A stretch of 64,000 nucleotides of DNA. It comes from an uncultured Chloroflexia bacterium (GTDB taxonomy: Bacteria; Chloroflexota; Limnocylindria; Limnocylindrales; CSP1-4). The DNA lies in assembly GCA_963707215.1 (NCBI GenBank), contig CAVPPB010000003.1:1376001-1440000 (forward strand). Reading direction: 5' to 3'. A program made the translations under genes and the position numbers. Positions 28,968 to 39,009 of this stretch are shown piece after piece. Under the pieces are notes generated by a model. That model saw nothing but the letters and a program-made list of their open reading frames with translations, made no database searches and was not told the origin of the DNA. The first letter of the stretch is position 1. Every line of letters begins with the position of its first letter.

Positions 28968-30260
28968 ATGGAGCCCCAAGGCGGACGCATCCTGCAGGTC
29001 AACGTCTCGCCCGGCGGCGTGCCGAAGCTCCCCGTGGAGCGCGCCTGGGTCGATCGCTACGGCCTGGACGGCGACGGCCACAGCGAGCCCACCGTCCACG
29101 GCGGCCCGCACCGGGCGGTCGCCCTCTTCGCGATCGAGGCCATCCGGCGGGTCGCCGCCGAGGGCCATCCGATCGCCCCCGGGTCCTGCGGCGAGAACCT
29201 GACGACCGAGGGCGTCGAATGGTCGACCCTGCCCGTCGGTACCCGCTTCCGGGTCGGCGAGCGGCTGGTCCTGGAGCTCTCCGCCCCCGACAACCCCTGC
29301 TCCACCATCCGCGGCTCGTTCAGCGACGAGCGCTTCGCCCGGATCTCGATCCTGACGAACCCGGCCGACAGCCGGATGTATGCCCGCGTCGTCGAGGCCG
29401 GCGAGGTCCGGCCGGGCGACCCCATCGAGCTGCTGCCCGAGGCCCCGGACCCACGGGCCGCCGAGCTGGCCCTGCTGGCCCGACTCGACGCTGCCCATCG
29501 ACGGTCCAGCCTGGTCCGCTGGCTGGCGGCGGTCGAGGCGGGGGTCCCGCTCGCGATCGTCGACGATGGCGAGGTGGCGATGGCCGCCCTGCCCGGGTCG
29601 GTCGGGCCGTTCTTCAACCGAGGCCACGGGTTCGAGGGGCTGCCGAACCTGCTCGACCGAGCGGTCGCCTTCTTCGCGGCCGAAGGGGTGGACGGCTGGG
29701 TCGACCTCGAGCCCGACGGGCTGGCGGGACTCGACGGCGTCGAGCCGGTCGAGCGGATGACCGTGCTCGCGATCGAGCCCGACCGGATCGCGGCGAGCGC
29801 GGCAGGAGTGCCGTCGATCCCGGACCTGGCGATCCGCACGGTTGCCGCCGACGAGGGCGCGGCGTGGGCCGGTGTCCACCTCGCGGCCGGTGGCTTCCCC
29901 GCCGGCGCGGCGGAAGCCTGGGTCCGCTCCTCCGAGCGGCTGGCCGCGTCCGCGCCAGGCGACCTCTTCGTCGCCGAGCTCGTCGGCCGGATCGTCGCGG
30001 CGGGCTCGCTCCAGGTCCACAAGAAGGTCGGCTGGCTGCGGGCGACGGCGGTCCTCCCGGAGGTCCGCGGCCGGGGGATCCAGCGCGCCCTGATCGCGGC
30101 CCGCGCGGTCGCCGCCGCGGAGCGGGGCGCCACGCTGATCGGGTCGGCGGCTGTTCCCGGGTCGGCCTCCGAGAGGAACCTGCGGGCGATGGGCCTGGTC
30201 GCGATCGCCACTCGCGGCTCGTACACGTCGTCATCGCTCGCCCCGCTGGCCGCGGGCTGA
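28968..30260 (+). CDS. MOSC-domain / GNAT acetyltransferase fusion
   Basis: GGVPKLPV, HGGPHRAV, GENLTTEG, PC (MOSC); VLPEVRGRGIQRALI...SERNL..MG (GNAT). Confidence 0.85.
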   Translation: MEPQGGRILQVNVSPGGVPKLPVERAWVDRYGLDGDGHSEPTVHGGPHRAVALFAIEAIRRVAAEGHPIAPGSCGENLTTEGVEWSTLPVGTRFRVGERLVLELSAPDNPCSTIRGSFSDERFARISILTNPADSRMYARVVEAGEVRPGDPIELLPEAPDPRAAELALLARLDAAHRRSSLVRWLAAVEAGVPLAIVDDGEVAMAALPGSVGPFFNRGHGFEGLPNLLDRAVAFFAAEGVDGWVDLEPDGLAGLDGVEPVERMTVLAIEPDRIAASAAGVPSIPDLAIRTVAADEGAAWAGVHLAAGGFPAGAAEAWVRSSERLAASAPGDLFVAELVGRIVAAGSLQVHKKVGWLRATAVLPEVRGRGIQRALIAARAVAAAERGATLIGSAAVPGSASERNLRAMGLVAIATRGSYTSSSLAPLAAG

Positions 30261-30308
30261 GCCTCGTCCGCCGCCGGCCGACCGGACACCGTCGCCCGCC
30301 CGGCGAGC

Positions 30309-31109
30309 TCAGCCCCCGAGCAGCTCCCAGCGACAGCCCAGCGCCTCGACCGAAGGGCGAACGGCGCCGACCTCACCCACGGCCTCGCCATCGGGCCCAC
30401 CCGGCAGGACCCGCAGTCGGATCGTCGGTCGGTCGCCTGGCCCGGCCGCCGGCCTGAGCCGGATCGTCTGGCTCCCGACCGACGTGTCCCGGGCGCCACG
30501 GCCGGCCAACGAGGGTCGGTACTGGAGACCAAGGGTCCGAAGCTGGGCCATCGTCGCCACGTGGACGCTGGGGACCGGGATCCCCAGGACCTCGAGCCGG
30601 ACCGGCCCGCCGACCGGGTGCGCCTCGGCCGCACGGGTCGCGCGCTCGGCCGAGGTCCACTCGGCGGCCGATCCGTCGTGCTCGATGAGGAAGGCCGGCT
30701 CGGCCGGACCGAGCTCCGGCGGGGCGGCCAGCAGCCAGCGCACGACACGGCCGTCGGGCCGGCGTCGCTCGCCCGCGAGTGGCCCCTCGATCCCGGCTCC
30801 CCTTCCCCGCAGACGGGCGACGTCGGCGGACAGGTCGTCGCCGGCGAGCGCGTAGGTCGCCAGGCCGCCACCGCGCTCGAGGGCCCGGAGCGTCGGCCGC
30901 CCGACCCAGCTCGCGGCGGCCAGCCCGTCGTCGAAGACCCCGATCAGCTCCAGGTAGGCGTCACCCAGCCAGACCAGTCGGTTGAAGGTCCCCAGGGCCT
31001 CGTGGCGGCCGCCACCGCTCGACCGCAGCCCGACGGCGGCCTCCAGGTCCGCGGCCGCGGCGTCGGGATCGGAGCAGGCGATGACGAGATGGTCGATGCC
31101 GATCAGCAT
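30309..31109 (-). CDS. VOC family protein (Glyoxalase_3-like)
   Basis: IDHLVIAC...GGRHEALGTFNRLV...YLELIG; RRRPDGRVVRW; FLIE. Confidence 0.85.
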   Translation of the reverse strand: MLIGIDHLVIACSDPDAAAADLEAAVGLRSSGGGRHEALGTFNRLVWLGDAYLELIGVFDDGLAAASWVGRPTLRALERGGGLATYALAGDDLSADVARLRGRGAGIEGPLAGERRRPDGRVVRWLLAAPPELGPAEPAFLIEHDGSAAEWTSAERATRAAEAHPVGGPVRLEVLGIPVPSVHVATMAQLRTLGLQYRPSLAGRGARDTSVGSQTIRLRPAAGPGDRPTIRLRVLPGGPDGEAVGEVGAVRPSVEALGCRWELLGG

Positions 31110-31151
31110 GGCCGGAGGGTAGCGCGCTCCCCGCTGTGCGACGATCGTGCC

Positions 31152-32177
31152 ATGCCCGGTCCGCGGATCCTTCCCGGCGACGACCCGGCCGCCATCGCCG
31201 AGGCGGCCGAGCGGATCCTGGCCGGCGAGCCGGTCGCCTTCCCGACCGAGACGGTCTACGGCCTTGGCGCGAGCGCCCTCGACCCGGTCGCCGTCGCCCG
31301 GGTCTTCGAGATCAAGGGACGGCCACGCTTCGACCCCCTCATCGTCCATCTCGCCGATCCCATGGAGCTCGCCCGGCACGTCGTGGCGGCCGATGCCGCC
31401 GATCCACGGGTCGGCCGGCTCATCGAGCGGTACTGGCCGGGTCCGCTCACCCTCGTCCTCCGGAAGCGCGACACCATCCCGGGCATCGTGACCGCCGGCC
31501 TCGACACGGTGGCCATCCGGATGCCCGATCACCCGGTCGCCCTGGCCCTGCTGCGGGCGGCTGGAGTGCCGGTCGCGGCCCCGTCGGCCAACCCGTTCGG
31601 GCGGCTCAGTCCGACCCGGGCCGAGCACGTCGCCCGCCAGCTGGCCGACCGGATCGACCTCGTGCTCGACGGTGGTCCCAGCCGCATCGGCGTCGAGTCG
31701 ACGGTCATCCAGCTGGCCGACGGCCAGGCGCGGCTCCTCCGACCGGGCGGCCTCTCGATCGAGGAGGTCGAGGCGGTCATCGGGCCGGTCGAGGTCCCGC
31801 CCGAAGGCGAGGCGATCTCGCTCTCCCCAGGACGCGCCGGCTCGCACTACGCCCCCGGCCCGCGGCTGGTCCTGCTCGCGCCCGGCGAGCACGCTCGGGC
31901 CGGCGATGGGGAACGGCTCGGGCTCCTCGCGGCGGACGACGCCGGTCGCCGCGCCGCGGACGCGATGGGCGGCCCGTTCGCAGCCGTCGAGGTCCTGTCG
32001 CCGGACGGCGACCCGATCGTGACGGCAGCCCGGCTCTTCGATGCCCTCCACGCCCTCGACGATGCGGGCCTCGACCGGATCGTCGCTCAGCCGGTCCTCG
32101 AGGTCGGCCTGGGTCGGGCGGTCATGGACCGCCTCCGCCGGGCGGCCGCCGCTGCGGACACCGACCCCGATGCGTAG
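31152..32177 (+). CDS. sua5: L-threonylcarbamoyladenylate synthase (Sua5/TsaC)
   Basis: VAFPTETVYGLGA, KGRP..PLIVH, WPGPLT, AAPSAN, GVESTVI, SPG...HYAP, C-terminal SUA5 domain. Confidence 0.92.
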   Translation: MPGPRILPGDDPAAIAEAAERILAGEPVAFPTETVYGLGASALDPVAVARVFEIKGRPRFDPLIVHLADPMELARHVVAADAADPRVGRLIERYWPGPLTLVLRKRDTIPGIVTAGLDTVAIRMPDHPVALALLRAAGVPVAAPSANPFGRLSPTRAEHVARQLADRIDLVLDGGPSRIGVESTVIQLADGQARLLRPGGLSIEEVEAVIGPVEVPPEGEAISLSPGRAGSHYAPGPRLVLLAPGEHARAGDGERLGLLAADDAGRRAADAMGGPFAAVEVLSPDGDPIVTAARLFDALHALDDAGLDRIVAQPVLEVGLGRAVMDRLRRAAAAADTDPDA

Positions 32178-32322
32178 TGACCTCCCCGCCGGCACGGTCA
32201 CCTTCCTCATCACCGACGTGGAGGGCTCGACGAAGCTTCGGCACGCGCTCGGGGCGGCCGAGCGGTCGGCCGAGCCGACCGTCGAGCCCGATGCGCTGGC
32301 CAAGGGACCCGGCGCGCCATGA
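32170..32322 (+). pseudogene. N-terminal fragment of an adenylate/guanylate cyclase-domain gene
   Basis: MRSDLPAGTVTFLITDVEGSTKL matches the typical LPxGTVTFLFTDIEGST start; ORF is only 50 aa. Confidence 0.6.
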
Positions 32323-32861
32323 CCCGCGACCAGACCATCGTCGCGGTCACGGTCGGGATGGCCTTCGGTATCCGGGCCGCGATCGGCATCGGCGAGCCGG
32401 CCAGTCAGGACCCGGCGACGCTGCTCGACTGGCTCGCGGTCCTGACCTGGAGCCTGGCGCTCGCCTCGCTGATCCCCGGCACCTGGTTGCTCATGACCCT
32501 GTCGAGCGGGGTCGACCGGTCAGGCCCGAACCGCTGGGTGACGACATCCGGCACCCTCGTCGTCGCCGGCGCCGCGCTGGCCGCGGTCGGGAACCTGCTC
32601 GAGGCCGTGCTCGGGCTCGAGCTGGGCGGGCTGCTCTATGTCGTCGGCGTGTTGGCGCTCGTCCTGGGGCTCGTCGCCCTCGCGGGCTCCCTCGCGTTCA
32701 CGCCGCGCCGCTGGCTCGGGCTCCTGGCGGTGGCGACGCTCATCGGGATGCTCGCCGAGCAGCTGGGCGGCCTGTTCCTCGTGTCCCTGGCCTGGCTCGC
32801 CGCAGCGAACCTGGCCAGCCGGGGTCCGTGGGATCGCGACAGCCGAGGGCGGAGCCGCTAG
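32319..32861 (+). CDS. hypothetical membrane protein
   Basis: Five to six hydrophobic segments; ATGA overlap with the upstream fragment. Confidence 0.7.
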   Translation: MTRDQTIVAVTVGMAFGIRAAIGIGEPASQDPATLLDWLAVLTWSLALASLIPGTWLLMTLSSGVDRSGPNRWVTTSGTLVVAGAALAAVGNLLEAVLGLELGGLLYVVGVLALVLGLVALAGSLAFTPRRWLGLLAVATLIGMLAEQLGGLFLVSLAWLAAANLASRGPWDRDSRGRSR

Positions 32862-32919
32862 CGGACCGCCGGTCCGAGGCGCTACGCTGCGCCCGAACAG
32901 CAAGAGGTCCTCGACCCTC

Positions 32920-33111
32920 ATGACGACCAAGGCTCGTACCAAGCGCGTCCCGACCCGGGAGGAGCTGCTCGCCCGGCACGCCGAGTGGCGGGCCAAGCGC
33001 AACGCGGCCGAGCTCGGGAGCGAGGAGTTCCGGGCCGCCGTCGTGGAGCTCGAGCGGATCGAGATCGAGATCGCCCGTGTGGACCGCGAGGCCGACCCGC
33101 CGCGGGTCTGA
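32920..33111 (+). CDS. small hypothetical helical protein
   Basis: 63 aa, GAGG RBS, GC3-biased codons (TREELLARHAEWR...IEIEIARVDRE). Confidence 0.65.
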   Translation: MTTKARTKRVPTREELLARHAEWRAKRNAAELGSEEFRAAVVELERIEIEIARVDREADPPRV

Positions 33112-33132
33112 CCGCGCGCGGATCGGTTCCCG

Positions 33133-33801
33133 ATGAACGAGGCGCCGAGCGACCGCGCGACCGTCCGCATCCACGACGACCGGGCCGTCTACGACCGCGC
33201 TTCGATCGAGGCCATCCTCGACGAGGGCCTGGTCGCCCATGTCGGCATCGCCGACGACGACGGGCCGGTGGTGATCCCGATGAGCTACGGTCGCCGGGGC
33301 GACCGCCTCTATCTCCACGGCAAGCCGGCCAGCCGGCTCCTCCGGGCCGTCGCCTCCGGTCGGCCGGTCAGCATCACGGTGACGCTCGTCGATGGCCTGG
33401 TCCTGGCGAAGTCCGTCTTCCACCACTCGGTGAACTACCGCTCCGTCGTCGTCTTCGGGACCGGGCGCCTGGTCCGCGACGACGACGCCAAGCTCGAGGC
33501 GCTGCGGGTGATCACGGAGCACATCGTCCCGGGTCGCTGGGCCGATGCCCGGCTGCCGACCGAGCCCGAGCTGAAGCAGACCTACGTCGTCGAGATCCCG
33601 CTCGACGAGGCCTCGGCCAAGGTCCGCGCGGGGCCCCCGAAGGACGACCCGGCCGACGCCGAGCTGGCCGTCTGGGGCGGGGTCATCCCGCTCGAGCTGC
33701 GGGCCGACGAGCCCATCCCCGACTCGGACCTGCCCGCGCCGGCCTACGCCGAGCGGTACCGCCGGCCCGGCGGCGGCGACGACGACGACGACGCCGGATG
33801 A
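33133..33801 (+). CDS. pyridoxamine 5'-phosphate oxidase-related flavin-binding protein (NimA-like)
   Basis: RAVYDR..IEAILDE, PVVIP..Y, LYLHG, DGLVLAKSVFHHSVNYRSVVVFG, SAKVR. Confidence 0.88.
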   Translation: MNEAPSDRATVRIHDDRAVYDRASIEAILDEGLVAHVGIADDDGPVVIPMSYGRRGDRLYLHGKPASRLLRAVASGRPVSITVTLVDGLVLAKSVFHHSVNYRSVVVFGTGRLVRDDDAKLEALRVITEHIVPGRWADARLPTEPELKQTYVVEIPLDEASAKVRAGPPKDDPADAELAVWGGVIPLELRADEPIPDSDLPAPAYAERYRRPGGGDDDDDAG

Positions 33802-33858
33802 TCGTCCCCGGTCGAGCGCCGGCGGCCGGTCACGGTCCCGCCTGCTAGCATCCCGGCC

Positions 33859-34374
33859 ATGGACGGTGTCGTCCTCGTTCTCAACCAGAACTACGAGCCG
33901 CTCAACGTCTGCAACATCCCGCGGGCGTTCCGGCTCCTGTTCGGCGAGAGGGCCGAGGTGATCGAGTACGACCACCAGGTCATCCGGACGCCGCGCACCG
34001 AGTTCCGGGCCCCGTCCGTGATCCGGCTCCAGCATCACGTCCGGCGCCCCCGACCACGCGTGAAGCTGACCCGTCGCGAGGTCTTCAGCCGCGATCGACA
34101 CACCTGCCAGTACTGCGGCCGCGGCGGCAAGGACCTGACCCTCGACCACGTCGTCCCGCGCCACCGCGGCGGCACCCACACCTGGGACAACCTCGTGACG
34201 GCATGCAAGGGCTGCAACCACCGCAAGGGCGGCAAGACGCCGGAGGAGGCCCGAATCCGCCTCTCGCGGGCGCCGTTCGAGCCGCGCAGCGACCTGTACA
34301 CGATCTTCTCGCCGTACCTCTCGGACGAGCGGAACGAGGCATGGCGCGAGTACCTCTTCCTGGGTCGGTCCTGA
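33859..34374 (+). CDS. HNH endonuclease family protein
   Basis: VLVLNQNYEPL, PSVIRL, RDRHTCQYCG, LTLDHVVPR.RGG.HTWDNLVTACKGCNHRKG. Confidence 0.92.
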   Translation: MDGVVLVLNQNYEPLNVCNIPRAFRLLFGERAEVIEYDHQVIRTPRTEFRAPSVIRLQHHVRRPRPRVKLTRREVFSRDRHTCQYCGRGGKDLTLDHVVPRHRGGTHTWDNLVTACKGCNHRKGGKTPEEARIRLSRAPFEPRSDLYTIFSPYLSDERNEAWREYLFLGRS

Positions 34375-35804
34375 AGCCCGCCGCGGGATCGGATCCGACC
34401 GGACCCGACGCCGCCGAGGCGGCCCGGCGCGTCGCCGCCGCGGTGCCGGCCGACGTCCTCGAGCTCATGGACCGACTGGCCGACGGGGGGCACGCGGCCT
34501 GGGTCGTCGGCGGATCGGTCCGCGACGCGATCCTCGGCCGGCCCGCCGCCGATTGGGACCTGACGACCGACGCCCGACCCGAGCGCATCCTCGAGCTGCT
34601 GCCCGACGCGGTCTACGAGAACCGCTTCGGGACCGTCGCCGTGCGTCGGCCCGACGGCGTCCACGAGATCACGACCTTCCGGAGCGACCATGAGTACGCC
34701 GACTTCCGACGACCCCACCGGATCGAGTTCGGAGAGTCGCTGGAGCTGGACCTCGCCCGCCGCGACTTCACGGTCAACGCCATCGCCTGGGGACGGCCCG
34801 CACCCAAGGGGGAAGGGAGCGAGCCGAGCGAAGGGCGGAGCGAGCCGCGCCTGGAGGACCCATTCGACGGCCTGGTCGACCTGCGGACCCGGACGCTCCG
34901 GGCCGTCGGTGATCCGACCTCGCGGTTCGAGGAGGATGCCCTGCGGATGATCCGTGCCGTCCGCCTCGCCGCCACGCTCGAGGCTCGGATCGAGCCGGCG
35001 ACGCTTGACGCGATCGGCTCCCACGCCGACCTGGTCCGGCACCTGAGCCAGGAGCGGATCGCGGCCGAGCTGGCCAAGCTGCTGGCCGCGACCCGGCCGT
35101 CGATCGGGCTCGCCCTCCTGGAGGCCGCCGGGCTGCTCCGGGTGATATCGCCGGAGCTGGCCGCCCAGCGCGGCGTCGCCCAGAACAAGGTCCCGGGCGA
35201 GGATCTCTGGGACCATACGATCCGGACCGTCGACGCCGTGCCGCCCGACCGGCCGGTCGTCCGCCTCGCCGCCCTCCTCCATGACATCGGGAAGCCGGCG
35301 ACGGCCGGGGAGGGTCACTTCCACGCCCACGAGGCGGTCGGCGCCAAACAGGCGGCCGAGCTGCTCGACCGCCTGCGCTTCCCCCGGGCCACCGCGGACC
35401 GAGTCGTCCAGCTGGTCCGGCTCCACATGTTCGACTACCAGGGCAGCTGGAGCGACGCCGCCGTCCGGCGCTTCATCAAGAAGACGGGGCGCGACGGAGT
35501 GGACGAGCTGCTCGACCTCCGAGCGGCTGACAACCTCGGCAGTGGGTTGCCCGCCGACTCGGGTGGCCTCGAGGAGCTCCGGGCGAGGGTCGCCGACCAA
35601 CTGCTCGCCGAGATCGCCCTCGACCGCGGCGACCTGGCCGTCGACGGCAACGACCTGATGACCGAGCTCGGCCTGGAGCCTGGACCCGCGCTCGGCCGGA
35701 TCATCGACGACCTTCTGGAGCGGGTCCTCGTCGACCCGTCGCTCAACGATCGCCCGACCCTCCTGCTGATCGCCCAGTCGATGCTCGCCGACGAAGGCCG
35801 ATGA
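34371..35804 (+). CDS. cca: CCA tRNA nucleotidyltransferase with HD domain
   Basis: VVGGSVRDAILGR..DWDLTT, EITTFR, DLARRDFTVNAIA, RFEEDALRMIRA, ALLHDIGKP; start uncertain (CTG 34371 or ATG 34467). Confidence 0.9.
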   Translation: MKPAAGSDPTGPDAAEAARRVAAAVPADVLELMDRLADGGHAAWVVGGSVRDAILGRPAADWDLTTDARPERILELLPDAVYENRFGTVAVRRPDGVHEITTFRSDHEYADFRRPHRIEFGESLELDLARRDFTVNAIAWGRPAPKGEGSEPSEGRSEPRLEDPFDGLVDLRTRTLRAVGDPTSRFEEDALRMIRAVRLAATLEARIEPATLDAIGSHADLVRHLSQERIAAELAKLLAATRPSIGLALLEAAGLLRVISPELAAQRGVAQNKVPGEDLWDHTIRTVDAVPPDRPVVRLAALLHDIGKPATAGEGHFHAHEAVGAKQAAELLDRLRFPRATADRVVQLVRLHMFDYQGSWSDAAVRRFIKKTGRDGVDELLDLRAADNLGSGLPADSGGLEELRARVADQLLAEIALDRGDLAVDGNDLMTELGLEPGPALGRIIDDLLERVLVDPSLNDRPTLLLIAQSMLADEGR

Positions 35805-36439
35805 TCGAGCCGCTCCTCGAAGCCGAGCGGCTGCTGGCGGTCGGCCTGCTGGACCAGGCCGAGCAGCGCTTCGCCCAGATCGCCGAGGCGGACCCGCGGA
35901 ACTCCATCGCCGTCGTGGGGCTGGCACGGGTCGCCCTGGAGCGAGGCGACGACGCTGACGCCCTGGCCCACGCGAAGCGGGCCGCCCTGATCGACCCCGA
36001 GAACCCGGTCGCTGCCGGGATGATCGCCCGGCTCGAGGAGATCGCCGGGATCCGGGCCGGATCGCCGCCGGCTCCCGAGGTGGTGGCCCCACCGGCTTCG
36101 ACGGCCGCCGAGCCGCCCGCCCCGGTCACGCCCACGGCGGGTACCCGCTCCGATCCCGCTCCGCTGGGGACCGCTCCGTCCGATCCCGCTCCGTCCGGGA
36201 CGGCTCCTCAGGGGCCCGCCCCGCCGGGGACCGCCCCGCCGGGGCCTAGCAAGGTGGTTGCTGCGGATCCGACAGAGCGTGCGAGGCCGATGCCGGATCC
36301 TGACGAGATCCGGCCCCCCCCGAGCGTGCCGACCCCTCGATCCAGCGATCACGTTGCTGCGGACTTGCGGCGCCCGGTGCCGCCGGCACCCCGACGACGC
36401 CGGCGCGGGCTGCTACGGCGCATCCTGGGGCGCGACTGA
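35801..36439 (+). CDS. TPR-containing protein with Pro-rich tail
   Basis: LDQAEQRF...DPRNSIAVVGLARVALE...ALIDPEN; 10-aa repeats SDPAPLGTAP/SDPAPSGTAP/QGPAPPGTAP. Confidence 0.75.
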   Translation: MIEPLLEAERLLAVGLLDQAEQRFAQIAEADPRNSIAVVGLARVALERGDDADALAHAKRAALIDPENPVAAGMIARLEEIAGIRAGSPPAPEVVAPPASTAAEPPAPVTPTAGTRSDPAPLGTAPSDPAPSGTAPQGPAPPGTAPPGPSKVVAADPTERARPMPDPDEIRPPPSVPTPRSSDHVAADLRRPVPPAPRRRRRGLLRRILGRD

Positions 36440-36454
36440 CGGTACCGTAGGGCC

Positions 36455-37465
36455 ATGCGCGTCCTGGTCACCGGCGGCGCCGGCTACATCGGCTCGATCA
36501 GCGTCGAGGTGCTGCTCGAGGCCGGGCACCAGGCCGTCGTCCTCGACGACCTCTCGACCGGTCACCGGGCAGCCGTCCCCGACGGCGTGCCATACCGGAC
36601 CTTCGACTACGCGGACGTCGAGGCGACACGGGCGCTCCTCGTTGACGAAGGCATCGACGCCGTCCTCCACTGCGCGGCCCGCTCGCTGGTCGGCGAATCG
36701 GTCGCGGATCCCGCCCGCTACTACCGCGAGAACGTCGCCGGCGGGGTCGCCCTCCTCGAGGCGGTCCGGACGAGCGGGGTCCGGCGCTTCGTCCTGTCGT
36801 CGTCGGCGGCCGTCTACGGCGTTCCCGACGCGACCCCGATCACCGAGGACGCCCCGCTCCGGCCCATCAGCCCGTACGGCGAGTCGAAGCGGATCCTCGA
36901 ATCCGCGCTCGCGGCCTACGCGGGTGCGTACGGGCTGCGGAGCGTCTCGCTGCGCTACTTCAACGCCGCCGGTGCGACCGAGCGCAACGGCGAGGTCCAC
37001 CGACCGGAGACCCACCTCATCCCGAACGTCCTCGCCGCCGCCGAGGGCCGCCGGGAGCTGGTCGTCTTCGGCGACGACTTCCCGACCGCGGACGGGACGC
37101 CGGTCCGGGACTACATCCATGTGCTGGATCTGGCCGACGCCCACCTGCGGGCGCTCGAGGCGACGGCGCCCGACGATCCCCGGACCGGCCCCGAGGTCGG
37201 CCCGGCGGAGGCCCTGGTCTGCAACCTCGGCAACGGCGACGGGGCGAGCGTCCGCGAGGTGCTCCGGGTGGCGGAGGCGGTGGTCGGTCGACCGATCCCC
37301 CACCGGGTCGGTCCGCGACGCGAAGGCGACCCGCCGGTCCTCGTGGCATCGGCGTCCAGGGCGCTCGAGATCCTCGGATGGCGGCCGGCCCACCCGGACC
37401 TCGAGTCGATGATCGCGTCGGCCTGGGCCTGGCGAAAGGCACACCCGGGCGGCTACGGCGACTGA
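36455..37465 (+). CDS. galE: UDP-glucose 4-epimerase
   Basis: VLVTGGAGYIGS, SSSAAVYG, PYGESK, LRYFNAAG, PETHLIP, DGTPVRDYIHV. Confidence 0.93.
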   Translation: MRVLVTGGAGYIGSISVEVLLEAGHQAVVLDDLSTGHRAAVPDGVPYRTFDYADVEATRALLVDEGIDAVLHCAARSLVGESVADPARYYRENVAGGVALLEAVRTSGVRRFVLSSSAAVYGVPDATPITEDAPLRPISPYGESKRILESALAAYAGAYGLRSVSLRYFNAAGATERNGEVHRPETHLIPNVLAAAEGRRELVVFGDDFPTADGTPVRDYIHVLDLADAHLRALEATAPDDPRTGPEVGPAEALVCNLGNGDGASVREVLRVAEAVVGRPIPHRVGPRREGDPPVLVASASRALEILGWRPAHPDLESMIASAWAWRKAHPGGYGD

Positions 37466-37504
37466 CCCCCGATCGCACCGGCGCCACGCCACGGCGGACG
37501 GCCC

Positions 37505-38911
37505 TCAGCGGTCGCGGGGCTCCAAGGGCGCCCGGTCGGGCGAGAGGCGCTCGGGCGGCGACTCGGCGACGACCCCGGCGACCAGCTCCCCGGAGCCGGA
37601 CCAGGCATCGCTGACCGGACGCAGGATCAGCAGGCCGATGATCATCGTCACGAGGAGGCTCAGGACGGCGAGCTGGTAGGCGCCGTCGCCGAGCTGGTCG
37701 ATGAAGAGGTAGATGACGAGGGCGTAGAGCAGCTGGCCGATGACCTGGCTGCCCTTGCCGACCAGCCCGTAGAGGCCGAAGAACTCGCCGACGTGCTGGG
37801 GCGGCGAGAGCCGGACCAGGAGGACCCGGTCGGCGACCTGGACCCCGCCGAGCCCGCTGCCCAGGATCGCCCCGGCCAGCAGGAAGAGCGGCAGCCCGAT
37901 GCTCGCGTCGAGCCCGATCGCGATCGCGCCCATGACCAGCCCGACGGCCCAGGACAGCAGGACGATGACGAGGGTCCGCTTGGGCCCCAGGCGGTCGGTC
38001 AGCCAGCCCCAGCCGAAGCTGGCCGCGATGGCGACGATGGTCAGCGACAGCAGCACCAGGTTGGCCGTCTGGGCCGAGAGCTCCATCGCCTCGACGGTCA
38101 CCACGCTCATGACGACGATGACCGTGTTGACGGCATCGGAGTAGAAGAACCGGCCGACGAGGAAGCGGACCAGGCCCGGGACCTCCTGGGCGTGGCGGAT
38201 GGTCCGCCGGATCTGGCCGAACGACTCCACGACGTCGCGGCGCGTCAGGGCAGGACCCGTCGCCTTCGGCTCGCGGACGATGAGGAAGATCGGGACCGAG
38301 AAGAGGGCGTAGAGCAGGGCGGCCAGGAGGAAGCGGTCCTCGACCGGGACCTCCAGGAAGAAGATGAGCAGGCCGACGAAGACCGTCCCGCAGTAGCCGA
38401 TGGCCGTGCCGATCCCCGACAGCCGGCCCCGGGTCTCCGGCTTGCTGACCAGCTTGATCGTCGCGTCGTAGTAGATGAGCGCGGCCTGGTACGAGAAGTT
38501 GGCGACGATGAAGAGGACCAGGCCCAGGAAGGCCGGGCTGAAGCCGATGAACGCGGTCGGGACGATGCACAGGGCGGTGAAGAAGAGCAGGAACGGCAGC
38601 CGCCGCCCGCCGACGCGGTCGGAGAGGGCGCCGAGGGGCGGCGAGACCAGGGCGTTGATGCCGACGCTGACGACGACGGCGATGGAGAGCCAGACGTTGC
38701 CGTCACGCTCGCCGAACTGGGCATCACTGGTGAGCCAGAGGCCGATGGCCCCCGACACGATCGCGAAGCTGAAGATCGTGTTGGCGAAGTCGTAGAGGGA
38801 CCAGGCCCCCGGGACCCGGGCCTGCCCCGACGGGGTCAGGGCCGCGAGCCGCGCCAGCGGACCGCGCCCGGGGGCGCCGGAGGACGCGCCGGTCGCGGTC
38901 GGGCCGGACAT
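37505..38911 (-). CDS. MFS transporter (ATG22/UMF1-like)
   Basis: WSLYDFANTIFS, LGALSDR, GWLTDRLGPKR, GEFFGLYGLVGK; about 12 TM segments. Confidence 0.9.
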   Translation of the reverse strand: MSGPTATGASSGAPGRGPLARLAALTPSGQARVPGAWSLYDFANTIFSFAIVSGAIGLWLTSDAQFGERDGNVWLSIAVVVSVGINALVSPPLGALSDRVGGRRLPFLLFFTALCIVPTAFIGFSPAFLGLVLFIVANFSYQAALIYYDATIKLVSKPETRGRLSGIGTAIGYCGTVFVGLLIFFLEVPVEDRFLLAALLYALFSVPIFLIVREPKATGPALTRRDVVESFGQIRRTIRHAQEVPGLVRFLVGRFFYSDAVNTVIVVMSVVTVEAMELSAQTANLVLLSLTIVAIAASFGWGWLTDRLGPKRTLVIVLLSWAVGLVMGAIAIGLDASIGLPLFLLAGAILGSGLGGVQVADRVLLVRLSPPQHVGEFFGLYGLVGKGSQVIGQLLYALVIYLFIDQLGDGAYQLAVLSLLVTMIIGLLILRPVSDAWSGSGELVAGVVAESPPERLSPDRAPLEPRDR

Positions 38912-39009
38912 GGGCGGAGCCTAGCAGGCGGACGATGCCGCACGAGGGCCGTCCAAACGACCGATGCCCACGCGAGGGCCGCCCATGCGGGTCGGTGTAC
39001 CCTGCCGCC

